64,000 nucleotides of DNA from an uncultured Candidatus Saccharibacteria bacterium (GCA_964593885.1 CAZQKK010000001.1:233929-297928), one strand, 5' to 3'. Positions 28,546 to 38,629 are shown, numbered from the stretch's first letter. Notes: generated by a model from the sequence alone, not told the origin. Made by a program: numbers and translations.

Positions 28546-29109
28546 ATGCTAAACACTCTCAAGGGAACCCTGGTTATTCTCAACTTTGGAATGGGGATTG
28601 CTGCACTCATCTACGATGCCCCCGTAATCGCCCACCTCCCTTGGTACGCAGCACCTTTCATTGTGATTTGCCCCCTCTACCCCATCCTCCTCTCACTCCA
28701 CCTCAGTTCCCGCACAGAGCACCCATGGCTCCGTGCTTTTGCTACCATCCCACCAACCGTTTATGGTGGCCTCGCGCTCTGCTTCTATCCCCTCAGTATG
28801 GCCTCGGGAGGCTTTAGTTGGAATGATACTGGTCAAATTTTTTGGGTGCTCACCTACGCCGTTCAGGCGGCTTTCTTCCTACCTACACGTGTCTCGGTAG
28901 CAACCGCAGCAGCTTCCCTATTCATGGTAGTCAGCCTCATCATCCTCTACGTAACAAATAGCTATGGCTACCTTGCCATAGCAGACCTCTCGTCAAGCCA
29001 AAAGCTAGGCCTACTCTTCCTAGGCTTCTTCCTGGTAGGCTTGACCACGAGCATGATCAAGTACCACACGCTGTTCAATCGAAGCAAGCAGCTTGCGAAG
29101 CTCGGTTAA
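28546..29109 (+). CDS. Polytopic membrane protein, hypothetical
   Basis: 187 aa, about 5 TM helices. 3' end overlaps the convergent pps-like gene by 90 nt, so one of the two ends may be mis-set. Confidence 0.35.
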   Translation: MLNTLKGTLVILNFGMGIAALIYDAPVIAHLPWYAAPFIVICPLYPILLSLHLSSRTEHPWLRAFATIPPTVYGGLALCFYPLSMASGGFSWNDTGQIFWVLTYAVQAAFFLPTRVSVATAAASLFMVVSLIILYVTNSYGYLAIADLSSSQKLGLLFLGFFLVGLTTSMIKYHTLFNRSKQLAKLG

Positions 29110-31212
29110 CTGAGAAGTTGGAGCGATAACCTCTTGGAGGCCAGCCAGTACTGCCTCTTCAAGAACCCTCGGTTGCATCTGGTAGCCCTCAGAGATAATT
29201 GAGGTCTGGACACCCTCGGATCTACAGGTTGCAATGGCGAAGTGTAGGGCATCAAGCACTGATTCATGGTCTTGGATAAGGTGGTGTCCTACTTGGTGGT
29301 TATCACCATCAAATCCATTAATGAGTTCGGCAAGAATTGGTACATCAAACACTACTCCCGTAACACCTGTTTCACAGAGATCACGAGCACCAATGAGGAG
29401 CGAAGGAGCAGCACACCTCGCCCAAATCTCTGGAAGCGCTTCCCCAGCAGGCCAGTGTTTGGCAATCAGCGAGATCAGTGATACCACTTCTGTGGTAGAC
29501 CTCACTGCTGGGAGGAGAATCCTCACATTTTCCAATCCTGCACGCATGAGCGACGCCAACACTTCAACCTCAACTGCTACTAGCTCTGGCTCTTCTAAAA
29601 TGCGGTGAGAGCCTCTGTACCCAAGCTTTGGATTAGGCTCATGTCGGTGTCTTCCCCTAGTCTCTTCACTGAGGTCGTGGAGCTGGTAGGTTACTGGGAG
29701 CGGGTAGGCAAGGCGCGAGGTTCTCTCAACCACCTCATTGAGGATCTCTCGGTAGTCTTCAACAAGCTCCTTCTCGTACACTTCATGAGGGTGGAGACCA
29801 GAAAGGTTGAGGAGAAACTCTCCTCTCAGTAAGCCAATGCCGTCAGAACCCTCAAATGCAGTGGCTTGGACATGGAGAGGATCTTCAATCAAAGTCATTA
29901 CCTTTGTGGCAGTAACGGTACTCTGGATGCTCTGCTTAGGAACGGTAAGCTGCAGCCTGCCTGCGTGCACCTCACCACGGTAGCCATCCAGGGTAATTAT
30001 CTGACCTTGGCGAATGTGGAGCATTGCGTGAACAGCGCTTACGGCAACAATGCCCAGTTTTGACGCAACAGCCGCCTCAATTGATGCTTGGTGTCCCGTC
30101 TCAACTACCACTCCAGCAGCAGGAGCCAACCATGAGGCATCTTTTTCGGTCAGCACGCTGACAACAGCAATTTCGCCAACCTGGAGATCATCCCTATCGT
30201 GCTTACTCTTGATTAGCCTTGCCTTCCCGGTAACCCTACCTGGAACACAACCAATTCCCCTCACCAAGAGGCTTGGGGTAAAGGTTTGAAGATCAGTCTG
30301 TACTTCAGGAAGTCTAGTTATGCCAGTAACCACCAGTTGGCTATTCTGTATCGCCCAAGTGATCTGTACTGTATCTAACCTGTCAGCTTGAGCCTGCTTT
30401 ACGAGCCTAGCCACCCTTGCAGCAATGACTCCTCCATCCTCATAGCCACCTGCAACATGGGTATGGGTGCCATGAGCTTTCCTGGCCACATGGAGCTGGT
30501 GCTTACTACTATCGAGGAGAACCAGTGACTTTCTATCAAACCTGTAGGTATCTACCGTGTGAGTTTTCCTGTGCCCTTTTGTCATTTCTACAACCACGGT
30601 TTCTCCATCAACCGCATCAGCATCAAAACACTGTGAGGTACCGGTAAGTTCAGCCTCCGGTGAGTACCTGAAAACAATAGCTGTAATTGTTGGAACCAGT
30701 GGCTGGTTGTTCCTCATTCTGAGAACAAGTGCCTCAGGAGAAAAGAGGGGCATGATGAGCTTAGAAAAAGCTGCAACAACAGTTTTCCAGTTGCTGGTCT
30801 CAGTCCAGAAAGGTGGTAGCATCTCTTCACCTGCATCACCGTAGATAGTTAGCTCAAGAGGAAGCTTGCTTCCTGGGGTATGGAGTACCTTTTGCTCCAG
30901 TAAGTCCATGTAGGCAGCAACCTCAGCGTGGAGCTGTTTTGGAAACTCTGCTTTAGCAATTTCCTTTTGAACTGCTGCGGCAATTTTACCTAGCTTTGCA
31001 GCAGGCAGGACAGATGCCTCATCTAAGTGCTTCAGTACAGCCTTACGCAAACTTGGCTGCAGGAAGAAGGATTTCACCCCATCCGCATTTACAACAAAAG
31101 AAGGTGCTAGGGGAAGACCTTTTTGACTGAGTTGAGATAACTCAACAACCCCACCACCCCAGGTTTGGGAGGCAGGAGAGCTAACCAGGTGTACCCACTC
31201 CACATACTTCAT
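29020..31212 (-). CDS. Phosphoenolpyruvate synthase / PEP-utilising enzyme family protein
   Basis: N-terminal PPDK_N-type ATP-grasp region, central phospho-His mobile domain (TGHQASIEAAVASKLGIV), C-terminal PEP-utilisers TIM barrel (EGSDGIGLLRGEFL). Confidence 0.6.
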   Translation of the reverse strand: MKYVEWVHLVSSPASQTWGGGVVELSQLSQKGLPLAPSFVVNADGVKSFFLQPSLRKAVLKHLDEASVLPAAKLGKIAAAVQKEIAKAEFPKQLHAEVAAYMDLLEQKVLHTPGSKLPLELTIYGDAGEEMLPPFWTETSNWKTVVAAFSKLIMPLFSPEALVLRMRNNQPLVPTITAIVFRYSPEAELTGTSQCFDADAVDGETVVVEMTKGHRKTHTVDTYRFDRKSLVLLDSSKHQLHVARKAHGTHTHVAGGYEDGGVIAARVARLVKQAQADRLDTVQITWAIQNSQLVVTGITRLPEVQTDLQTFTPSLLVRGIGCVPGRVTGKARLIKSKHDRDDLQVGEIAVVSVLTEKDASWLAPAAGVVVETGHQASIEAAVASKLGIVAVSAVHAMLHIRQGQIITLDGYRGEVHAGRLQLTVPKQSIQSTVTATKVMTLIEDPLHVQATAFEGSDGIGLLRGEFLLNLSGLHPHEVYEKELVEDYREILNEVVERTSRLAYPLPVTYQLHDLSEETRGRHRHEPNPKLGYRGSHRILEEPELVAVEVEVLASLMRAGLENVRILLPAVRSTTEVVSLISLIAKHWPAGEALPEIWARCAAPSLLIGARDLCETGVTGVVFDVPILAELINGFDGDNHQVGHHLIQDHESVLDALHFAIATCRSEGVQTSIISEGYQMQPRVLEEAVLAGLQEVIAPTSQLTELRKLLASIEQRVVLDHARGQAYQEEA

Positions 31213-31667
31213 GGTTTCAGTATACGCATCACCAGGTCTGTAGGAAAGCCACGTCTCAGGAGTACCCCAGCCATACGGCGTTTGTAGACTTCTGGGGGTA
31301 GGTGTTGGTACTGTCTCTCTTTTCGCGCAATCACCAACCTTGCGCGTTCTTCCTCGGTCATACCAACCTCTTCTTTTCGCTCCTCTTCTCGAAGTGAGAG
31401 AGCCTTTTGCATAGTCGCCTTATCAATTCCTTTCTGAGTTAGTTCAAGTCTGAGCACGTTACCGCCTCGAGGTGAAAGCCTGTCTCTCGTAGCAATCCAA
31501 GCCTTGGCAAACCGTAGATCATTTATGAGATCAACTTCGGTTAACTCATTGATAAGGTCCTCAACCTCATCTGCTGGCACCTCACGACGCAAAAGCGCCT
31601 GGCGTAGTTCCCAGGCGCTCCTCAAACGTACCTTGAGCAAACGTAGCGCGTAGCTGCGAGAGCTCAC
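31209..31667 (-). CDS. recX: RecA regulator RecX
   Basis: Three-helix-repeat Arg/Lys-rich 152-aa protein immediately downstream of recA. YALRLL..R..S..EL RecX-type start. Confidence 0.7.
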   Translation of the reverse strand: MSSRSYALRLLKVRLRSAWELRQALLRREVPADEVEDLINELTEVDLINDLRFAKAWIATRDRLSPRGGNVLRLELTQKGIDKATMQKALSLREEERKEEVGMTEEERARLVIARKERQYQHLPPEVYKRRMAGVLLRRGFPTDLVMRILKP

Positions 31668-31673
31668 GGTTGC

Positions 31674-32744
31674 CTACTTACCCTTCTTTTCCTTTGTTTG
31701 CTTTGGCTCTGCATCTCCCGTTGAGAGTGGGGCATCTGACTTTTTGGTAAGGCCAAGCTTTTCGCGAATTTCCTTATCAATCTTTGCCGTAATCTCTGGA
31801 TTTGCCTTGAGGAACTCTCGAGCTCCCTCTTTCCCTTGCCCAAGCTTCTCTTCCCCGTGGTAGTACCATGCACCTGACTTCCTGACAACATCGTGTGCAG
31901 CACCTACTTCAAGGAGGTCTCCCTCTTTGGAGATACCCTCTCCGTACACGAGGTCAAACAGTGCGGTTCTGAATGGCGGCGCAATCTTGTTCTTTACCAC
32001 CTTAATACCAGTGGTTACCCCGATAACCTGATCGCCCTCTTTCAGTTGCTCCTTACGCCTAATTTCAATTCTGAGCGAAGCGTAGAACTTGAGCGCGTTT
32101 CCACCAGTAGTTGTCTCAGGGTTACCAAACATCACCCCAATTTTCATTCTGATCTGGTTGATGAAGATAACGGTGGTCTTGGACTTTGAGATAGCACCTG
32201 TAAGCTTCCTAAGTGCTTGTGACATGAGCCTAGCCTGTACACCAACCATTGCATCCCCCATCTCACCTTCAATCTCTGCACGGGGCACCAGGGCAGCCAC
32301 AGAGTCTACCACAATGATGTCTACTGCGTTTGATCGTACCAGTGTCTCAGTGATCTCGAGAGCTTGCTCACCGGTATCAGGCTGTGAAACCAGGAGGCTT
32401 GGTAGGTCTACGCCGAGGGTTTTTGCGTAATCTGGATCGAAAGCGTGCTCAGCATCCACAAAGGCTGCAAGTCCTCCTCGCTTCTGCACCTGGCCAATGA
32501 TAAAACTTGCCAGGGTAGTCTTTCCCGATGACTCAGGCCCGTAGATCTCAATAATTCTCCCCCGTGGAATACCTCCACCAAGAGCAAGATCGATTGAGAG
32601 AATCCCCGTTGGGATGATTTCAACAGATCCGATGGCGTTGTCGCCACCCATGGTCATGATCGCTCCTCTACCAAACTGCTTCTCAATCGAAGCAATTGCC
32701 ATATCTAGCGCAGCTTTACGCCCCGCATTCTCAGTACTATCCAT
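31674..32744 (-). CDS. recA: Recombinase RecA
   Basis: [18 protein letters not shown], Walker [15 protein letters not shown], complete conserved RecA core. Confidence 0.97.
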   Translation of the reverse strand: MDSTENAGRKAALDMAIASIEKQFGRGAIMTMGGDNAIGSVEIIPTGILSIDLALGGGIPRGRIIEIYGPESSGKTTLASFIIGQVQKRGGLAAFVDAEHAFDPDYAKTLGVDLPSLLVSQPDTGEQALEITETLVRSNAVDIIVVDSVAALVPRAEIEGEMGDAMVGVQARLMSQALRKLTGAISKSKTTVIFINQIRMKIGVMFGNPETTTGGNALKFYASLRIEIRRKEQLKEGDQVIGVTTGIKVVKNKIAPPFRTALFDLVYGEGISKEGDLLEVGAAHDVVRKSGAWYYHGEEKLGQGKEGAREFLKANPEITAKIDKEIREKLGLTKKSDAPLSTGDAEPKQTKEKKGK

Positions 32745-32819
32745 GTTCCTCCGTAATAAGTTAGGCGCCCGAGCTAAACTTCAGTGCTAGTCTACCCACT
32801 GTGGGACGTGCTGACAAGG

Positions 32820-33524
32820 CTACTTTACCGTTACCGTAAGCGTTTCCGTGGTAGTATTCCCCGCCAAGCTTGTTGCTGAAACCATAATGGCATTCACACC
32901 TTTCTGCACAGGGACCTGTTGGGTGAAACTACCATCTGAGAGTACTGGTACCACTTGGCCGTTCACCGTTACGGTAGCTCCAGTTGTGGTTCTGCCGTTG
33001 AGAGCAAAGGAGTCAGTGAAGAGCTCTAGCTGAGACGTACCAGTTTCCTTTGCCTGTGCAGGTTTTGCGAGCTCGAGGAAAGGCGCAGCAGTAAAGCGCT
33101 TAACCTGGTATCCCACCACACCAGCAAAGGCGAGGGCGAGGCAGATCACGAAAGTGGTGACAAAGAGTTTTGGTGTAACGATAAATCGAGATCCTGGCAT
33201 CCGCGATACTGGGGCAAGCTCAACAACCTCGTTAGTATCGTGCCTCCAGTAGGTAGCACGTGACCTGTCGTACTGTTTCATCATCTCTTCAACAGGTAGC
33301 TGAAGAAAATCTGCATAGGCTTCTAGGTAGCCCCTGCCGTACACTTCTGAAGGAATCTGATCCCAGGAGTCACTCTCGAGAGCGAGAATGAACTTGGCCC
33401 TAATCCGTGTCTGTTCCTCTACCTCCGCAACGGTGATCTTTTTCCTCGTGCGGGCACGTTTGAGGCGGTCACCAATAGACTGCTCAACTTTCACCTTCCG
33501 AGTTCTGAATCCTGCTGCTGTCAT
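32820..33524 (-). CDS. RodZ-like cytoskeleton-associated protein (XRE-type HTH plus TM plus C-terminal beta domain)
   Basis: N-terminal HTH (LKRARTRKKITVAEVEEQTRIRAKFILALE), single TM, C-terminal Thr/Val-rich domain. Confidence 0.55.
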   Translation of the reverse strand: MTAAGFRTRKVKVEQSIGDRLKRARTRKKITVAEVEEQTRIRAKFILALESDSWDQIPSEVYGRGYLEAYADFLQLPVEEMMKQYDRSRATYWRHDTNEVVELAPVSRMPGSRFIVTPKLFVTTFVICLALAFAGVVGYQVKRFTAAPFLELAKPAQAKETGTSQLELFTDSFALNGRTTTGATVTVNGQVVPVLSDGSFTQQVPVQKGVNAIMVSATSLAGNTTTETLTVTVK

Positions 33525-33538
33525 ACGTAAGCTATATC

Positions 33539-35680
33539 TTACTCATTTTCAGGGTATGCGACAATGCCTGAATCTGAATCTTCCTCACCACCACCCTCGC
33601 CAGGCATATCGATATTGAAAACTTCACGCTGCTTACCACCGCGCTCAGGACCAATCATTCCCCGTTCTTCCATGGCGGTAACAATTCGCTTTGCCTTGTT
33701 GTAGCCAAGCTTCATGTAGGTCTGGAGCATGCTGGTTGAGGCACGTCTGTGCTTCCTTACCAGCTCGTACGCCTCACGGAGGAGCGACTCTTCTTCGTCG
33801 TCCAGACCGCCTGCTTGGACGAAGCGAGACTCAACAGCTTCCTCAAGGACGGTTGGATCGTAACGGTTCCCTGATTCCTGTTGGCGGATGTGGGCAATGA
33901 TACTGGTAATTTCCTCTTCACTACTGAACACACCCTGCACACGACGAGGTTTGCCTTGGTCGGTACTCATGTAGAGCATGTCTCCAAGTCCAAGGAGCTT
34001 CTCTGCGCCGGTAGAATCTATGATAGTTCTAGAGTCAATCTGGCTGGTTACCGCAAAGGCAATACGAGTAGGAATGTTTGCCTTAATGAGACCGGTAATG
34101 ACGTCTACCGATGGTCTCTGGGTAGCCACAACGAGGTGGATACCAACGGCGCGCGCCATCTGGGCAAGCCTTACAATCTTGCTCTCTACCTCTCGTGCTG
34201 ATGCCATCATCAGGTCTGCCAACTCATCGATAACTACCACGATGAAAGGCATGGGGCCTTCGCCCAGCTCTGGGTTCTGGTTGTACTGCTCAATGTTTCG
34301 TTTGCCAGTTGAAGCCAGCACCTTGTACCTTCGCTCCATTTCACGCACACACCAGTTGAGGGCCTTCACGGTATCCTTAGGCTCATGAATTACCGGGGCG
34401 AGGAGGTGTGGAATGCCATTGTAGAGGGTGAGCTCTACGCGCTTTGGGTCTACCAAAATCATTCGCAACTCATCAGGTGAGTTGTTCATGAGGAGGGAAA
34501 GGATGGTGGTGTTAATACAGACAGACTTACCCGATCCAGTTGCTCCAGCAATCAGGACGTGAGGCATTCTGGTTAGATCGGCAACAGCGGGTTCACCAGC
34601 TGAATCCCTCCCCAGTGCAATGGTTAGTTTGGAACCGCTAGCAACGAAAGGCTTACTCTTAAGGAGATCCTTGAGACCAACCATGGCCTTTTTGTCGTTT
34701 GGTATCTCAACTCCTACGAGGCTCTTTCCTGGAATTGGCGCCTCAACACGGAGTGACTCAGCGGCAAGAGCAAGGGCGAGGTCATCCTGCCTTGCGGTGA
34801 TCTGGGTAAGCTTCACCCCATCAGCGGGACGTAGGGTGTACTGGCTAACCGTTGGCCCAATCCTTACATCAGTCATGGTGACATCGATACCAAAGTCCTT
34901 GAGGGTTTTCTGAATCAGCTCCATCTTCTTGTGAAGGTTTCCTGCTTGCGGTTTCTCATCAATATTCTTCAGGAGATCAAGAGGTGGGTAGTTCCAGTTG
35001 GTACTTCGCTTTAGTACTGGCATGGTCTTAACCGGAACTGCCTCAGAAGGAGCCGTGGGCTTATTCAGGCGCTGCTGGAGGCGTTGGAGAGGGCCCGGCC
35101 TAAGTTCGCCCATAACTTTAACCTTTGCATCTTCCTGCTCATCCTGTTCTTCATCCTCAGCATCTGGGTTCTCGTGAACGTGTAGGTACTGGAGTAAGAC
35201 CTTATCGAGGATGAGAACGAGGGAGATGAGGGCGAAAACCGTAAGGAAGAGTCTACTGATCACACTACCAAAGGCACTGTAGAGGCCACTAAATACGAGT
35301 TGACCAATCCAACCACCACCAAGCCCAGCTGCCGCGGCTGCTGCCTTATCACCTACTGCAAAGCTGTGCAGGAAGCCCGAGATACTCAGGGTAAAGAGAA
35401 TGGCGCCAAGAATAGTGGTAAAACGGGGCGAGATAACAGCAGGAAAAAGCCGCTTTCCTGCGTACCAGAGCATAAAGAAACCAATGAAAGGTGTAGCACC
35501 TCCTAAGAGTAGACGGTAGAACTTGTGAACCGCAGCAATGGCACTTCCGTTATCCGAGAAAACTGCTGCAAAGAAAAAGGTGAAGACACCAAAGAATACC
35601 AGTGCCTTTACCGTACTAGCAGCGGTGCTCTTGTGTGCCTTAGAGGCTGAAGATGATGATCGTTTCTTTCGCTTCGCCAT
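33539..35680 (-). CDS. ftsK: DNA translocase FtsK/SpoIIIE
   Basis: N-terminal TM helices, motor-domain P-loop AGATGSGKSVCIN, C-terminal gamma winged-helix (MLQTYMKLGYNKAKRIV). Confidence 0.9.
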   Translation of the reverse strand: MAKRKKRSSSSASKAHKSTAASTVKALVFFGVFTFFFAAVFSDNGSAIAAVHKFYRLLLGGATPFIGFFMLWYAGKRLFPAVISPRFTTILGAILFTLSISGFLHSFAVGDKAAAAAAGLGGGWIGQLVFSGLYSAFGSVISRLFLTVFALISLVLILDKVLLQYLHVHENPDAEDEEQDEQEDAKVKVMGELRPGPLQRLQQRLNKPTAPSEAVPVKTMPVLKRSTNWNYPPLDLLKNIDEKPQAGNLHKKMELIQKTLKDFGIDVTMTDVRIGPTVSQYTLRPADGVKLTQITARQDDLALALAAESLRVEAPIPGKSLVGVEIPNDKKAMVGLKDLLKSKPFVASGSKLTIALGRDSAGEPAVADLTRMPHVLIAGATGSGKSVCINTTILSLLMNNSPDELRMILVDPKRVELTLYNGIPHLLAPVIHEPKDTVKALNWCVREMERRYKVLASTGKRNIEQYNQNPELGEGPMPFIVVVIDELADLMMASAREVESKIVRLAQMARAVGIHLVVATQRPSVDVITGLIKANIPTRIAFAVTSQIDSRTIIDSTGAEKLLGLGDMLYMSTDQGKPRRVQGVFSSEEEITSIIAHIRQQESGNRYDPTVLEEAVESRFVQAGGLDDEEESLLREAYELVRKHRRASTSMLQTYMKLGYNKAKRIVTAMEERGMIGPERGGKQREVFNIDMPGEGGGEEDSDSGIVAYPENE

Positions 35681-35713
35681 AGCTTACGTTGTACCTAATC
35701 TAATCATAGACCA

Positions 35714-35736
35714 GCATACCATATTCTGGTATGCTA
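35714..35736. promoter_or_regulatory. Perfect 9-bp inverted repeat in the divergent ftsK/ychF intergenic region (candidate operator)
   Basis: AGCATACCA-tattc-TGGTATGCT, centred between the divergent start codons at 35680 and 35745. Confidence 0.35.
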
Positions 35737-35744
35737 CAAGCCAT

Positions 35745-36860
35745 ATGAGTTCACTTTCCCTCGGTATCGTAGGGCTCCCAAACGTTGGGAAGTCCACCCT
35801 CTTCAATGCCCTCGTTAAAAATGGTCAGGCTGCTGCAAGTAACTACCCCTTCTGCACCATCGATCCTAACGTAGGGATTGTTGAGGTTCCGGACAGTCGC
35901 CTAGCCGCCTTATCAGAACTCGTTCACCCAGAGCGAATTCTCCCTGCTGTAGTTGAATTCTACGACATTGCCGGAATTATTAAAGGCGCCTCACAGGGAG
36001 AAGGACTTGGGAACAAGTTCCTCTCACACATCAGGGAAACCTCAGCAATTATCCTGGTGGCACGTTTCTTTGATCACCCAGATATCATCCATGTTACAGG
36101 TGAGGTAAACCCAAAGTCAGATCTAGAAACCGTTCTCTTAGAACTTATCCTTGCGGATGTAGAAACAGTCACCAAAGCAAGAGACAGGTACGCCAAGCAA
36201 GCACGAGGGAATGATGCTGATGCCAAGCAAGCACTTGAGGTGCTTGATAGGCTTGCAGAAGCACTCAACACACAGCAGCTTGCCAGCTCAGTTCTCAAAG
36301 ATGAAGTGAGTGAGACTGCAAAGAAGCTTGCAAGAGATTTGCAACTCCTTACCTCAAAGCCAATGCTCGTGGTGGCAAACGTGAGCGAAGATATGCTCAC
36401 CGTCAGCCCAGAGAAGCTTTTCAGTGAGTACAACCTCTCTGAAATTGTTCCTTCTGCAGATTGGATTATCCCAATTTGCGCCAAGCTTGAGGCAGAGTTG
36501 GTCTCACTTCCAGAAGAGGAACAGGCCGAGTTTCTTGCAGAGTATGGTCTTAAAGAATCTGGTCTCATTAGGCTCGTGCAGTCCGCATACTCTCTACTCA
36601 ACCTAGAAACCTACTTCACAGCAGGGGTAAAAGAGGTACGAGCCTGGACTATGCCAAAAAACTGTAAGGCTCCCCAAGCAGCTGGAATCATCCACACAGA
36701 TTTTGAGAAAGGTTTCATCAGAGCTGAGACCATCTCTTTCACAGACTATGTTGCTTGTAAGGGCGAGCAGGGTGCCAAAGATGCTGGCAAGCTCCGCTCA
36801 GAAGGCAAAGAGTACACTATGCGAGATGGTGACGTTGTACACTTCAGGTTTAACGTCTAA
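35745..36860 (+). CDS. ychF: Ribosome-binding ATPase YchF
   Basis: GIVGLPNVGKSTLFNAL G1 motif, TGS-like C-terminus. Start set at MSSLSLGIVG; the track ORF extends upstream into ftsK. Confidence 0.9.
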   Translation: MSSLSLGIVGLPNVGKSTLFNALVKNGQAAASNYPFCTIDPNVGIVEVPDSRLAALSELVHPERILPAVVEFYDIAGIIKGASQGEGLGNKFLSHIRETSAIILVARFFDHPDIIHVTGEVNPKSDLETVLLELILADVETVTKARDRYAKQARGNDADAKQALEVLDRLAEALNTQQLASSVLKDEVSETAKKLARDLQLLTSKPMLVVANVSEDMLTVSPEKLFSEYNLSEIVPSADWIIPICAKLEAELVSLPEEEQAEFLAEYGLKESGLIRLVQSAYSLLNLETYFTAGVKEVRAWTMPKNCKAPQAAGIIHTDFEKGFIRAETISFTDYVACKGEQGAKDAGKLRSEGKEYTMRDGDVVHFRFNV

Positions 36861-36877
36861 AAAAGTACCTAGGGGTG

Positions 36878-37240
36878 CTAGGTACAGGGAATACGGTGTT
36901 CGATTCTGAGCTTCAGCTCAAGTTCTCGCAGTTTCAGTTCTGCGGCCAAGATATCGTCACTGGTGATCTCACGAAGCACCTTCAACTCAGCAAGGTACTT
37001 TTCAACGCATGCAATAGCTTGAGGGTTTCCGCTCTGTGTCTTCAGTACCGCAAGCCTTGTCTCAAAAGCGGTGATCCTCAGGTTGAGTACCTCACGGTGT
37101 GACCTGTGTTTAGGATGCTGCTTCTTACGACGCAGGAGCATCCACCCAAGGCCAATCACCCCACCAACGAGCACGGCACCTACAACCATGCGCTTGAGCA
37201 TCACTGCATCTTCATCGCCTTGTAAAGGTTTCATGTTCAC
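36878..37240 (-). CDS. Hypothetical single-TM coiled-coil protein
   Basis: 120 aa. TM at aa 17-36, a basic stretch, then a coiled-coil region. Confidence 0.3.
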   Translation of the reverse strand: MNMKPLQGDEDAVMLKRMVVGAVLVGGVIGLGWMLLRRKKQHPKHRSHREVLNLRITAFETRLAVLKTQSGNPQAIACVEKYLAELKVLREITSDDILAAELKLRELELKLRIEHRIPCT

Positions 37241-37269
37241 AGGCTAGCAAGTACACACCAAACAAAAAA

Positions 37270-37295
37270 GCCCCGGTTCAGACGCGGGGCTTTTT
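37270..37295. terminator. Bidirectional rho-independent terminator (main use: minus-strand gene 37311-37496)
   Basis: GCCCCGgttcagacgCGGGGC GC-rich hairpin with T-runs on both strands. Confidence 0.7.
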
Positions 37296-37310
37296 AGTAT
37301 TTTTTACTGC

Positions 37311-37496
37311 TTAAGCAGCGAGGGTAGCCATCTGGTAGAACGTGCCGAAAGTTACGGCAAGAACCAGGGCGAGTGACATACTTACCGCCTCAATGGCGTT
37401 AAGGTTGTTGTAGTCAACATGCTTAGTAGAGATAAGCGTGTATGACTTCTGCATTGGGTGAACAGCCTGCTCACCAACGTTAGTACTATTTTCCAC
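37311..37496 (-). CDS. Small hydrophobic-tailed protein, hypothetical
   Basis: 61-aa ORF with its own strong terminator and an AT-rich upstream region. Coding status unproven. Confidence 0.3.
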   Translation of the reverse strand: MENSTNVGEQAVHPMQKSYTLISTKHVDYNNLNAIEAVSMSLALVLAVTFGTFYQMATLAA

Positions 37497-37624
37497 AAAC
37501 CCACCTTTCTAACTCGGAACCTATGTATTTTTTAAATTGTTTTTTGTTTTCCGAATTGACACAAGTATACCTAAAATGTGTCTCTATGTCAAGATTCTAT
37601 ACCTGGAAAATACGGATAAAATGG

Positions 37625-37930
37625 CTACTGGAGCTCTAAGAACGAGGAAATTTTTCCGCCAACATTTCGGAGAATATTACTCTTAGCATTGAGAATGACA
37701 GCACTTGAGAGTACCACTGCAACTACCGCCATGTAGAGGAGAATCCTACGAATCTCACCCCTGATGTGGCTGTAGTCATCTGAGCTCACCACCTTACTAG
37801 GCGTTGCTACACCTTGTGCTAACCTCGATCCCAGAGCAGTTTCTGTTGGAATAACCCTCATTTCCTGAGGTTTCTGAAGTGGCTTTGTTTGCTGGCCCTT
37901 TTGGCGCTTCTGACGGCTCTTTTTTCCCAT
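37625..37930 (-). CDS. Hypothetical single-TM protein with basic N-terminus
   Basis: 101 aa, KRQKGQQTKPLQKP N-terminus, one TM helix. Confidence 0.3.
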   Translation of the reverse strand: MGKKSRQKRQKGQQTKPLQKPQEMRVIPTETALGSRLAQGVATPSKVVSSDDYSHIRGEIRRILLYMAVVAVVLSSAVILNAKSNILRNVGGKISSFLELQ

Positions 37931-38020
37931 ATGGAGTGCTTAATCCTTACTGATGTGCTTACTATACCCAGGACTTGTCAGGTATCGCAAGTTACGCTAA
38001 TCTAAATCGAGTCTGAACCT

Positions 38021-38095
38021 GCGGGTATCGTATAATGGTTATTACATCACCTTGCCATGGTGGAGATACGGGTTCGATTCCCGTTACCCGCTCCA
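38021..38095 (+). tRNA. tRNA-Gly(GCC): tRNA-Gly (anticodon GCC)
   Basis: GCGGGTA..TCACC-TTGCCAT-GGTGG..ACGGGTTCGATTCCCGT-TACCCGC-T-CCA. Confidence 0.8.
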
Positions 38096-38132
38096 AGATG
38101 AACTAACAATTCAAACGCGTGGAGCACCACAC

Positions 38133-38206
<74 letters not shown>

Positions 38207-38219
38207 ATAGTCCCCTCAT

Positions 38220-38438
38220 ATGCTTGCACTGCAAATTGTTCACATCATCATCTCAGCCCTCCTAGTAGCTAGCATCCTGCTCCAGCAACGAAGTAGCGGT
38301 TTGGGTGAAGCTTTTGGTGGCGATTCAACTGTTTTCAGTAGCCGTAGAGGTGTTGAAAAGATTCTCTACTACGCAACTATCGTCTTTGGCGTTAGTTTCG
38401 GAGTAATTGCTATCCTCCAGCTCATCATCGGCGGGTAG
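38220..38438 (+). CDS. secG: Preprotein translocase subunit SecG
   Basis: 72 aa, two TM helices flanking a Gly-rich loop (LLQQRSSGLGEAFGGDSTVFSSRRGVEKIL). Lies immediately upstream of a tRNA-Leu, as secG does in E. coli. Confidence 0.7.
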   Translation: MLALQIVHIIISALLVASILLQQRSSGLGEAFGGDSTVFSSRRGVEKILYYATIVFGVSFGVIAILQLIIGG

Positions 38439-38452
38439 GCAGAAAGGTTTCT

Positions 38453-38539
<87 letters not shown>

Positions 38540-38554
38540 CGACTCTTACAACCT

Positions 38555-38629
38555 GCCGAAGTAGCTCAGTGGTAGAGCAGTGGCCTGAAGAGCCTCGTGT
38601 CGTCAGTTCGATTCTGACCTTCGGCACCA
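38555..38629 (+). tRNA. tRNA-Phe(GAA): tRNA-Phe (anticodon GAA)
   Basis: GCCGAAG-TA-GCTCAGTGGTAGAGC..loop CTGAAGA..GTTCGATTC..CTTCGGC-A-CCA. One 28:42 mismatch in the anticodon stem. Confidence 0.75.

Noticed and set aside
37497-37624. TTGACA ... TAAAAT promoter-like motif on the + strand
   Set aside because: Both flanking genes are on the minus strand, and the spacing between the hexamers is only about 10 nt, so it is unlikely to be a functional promoter in this orientation.
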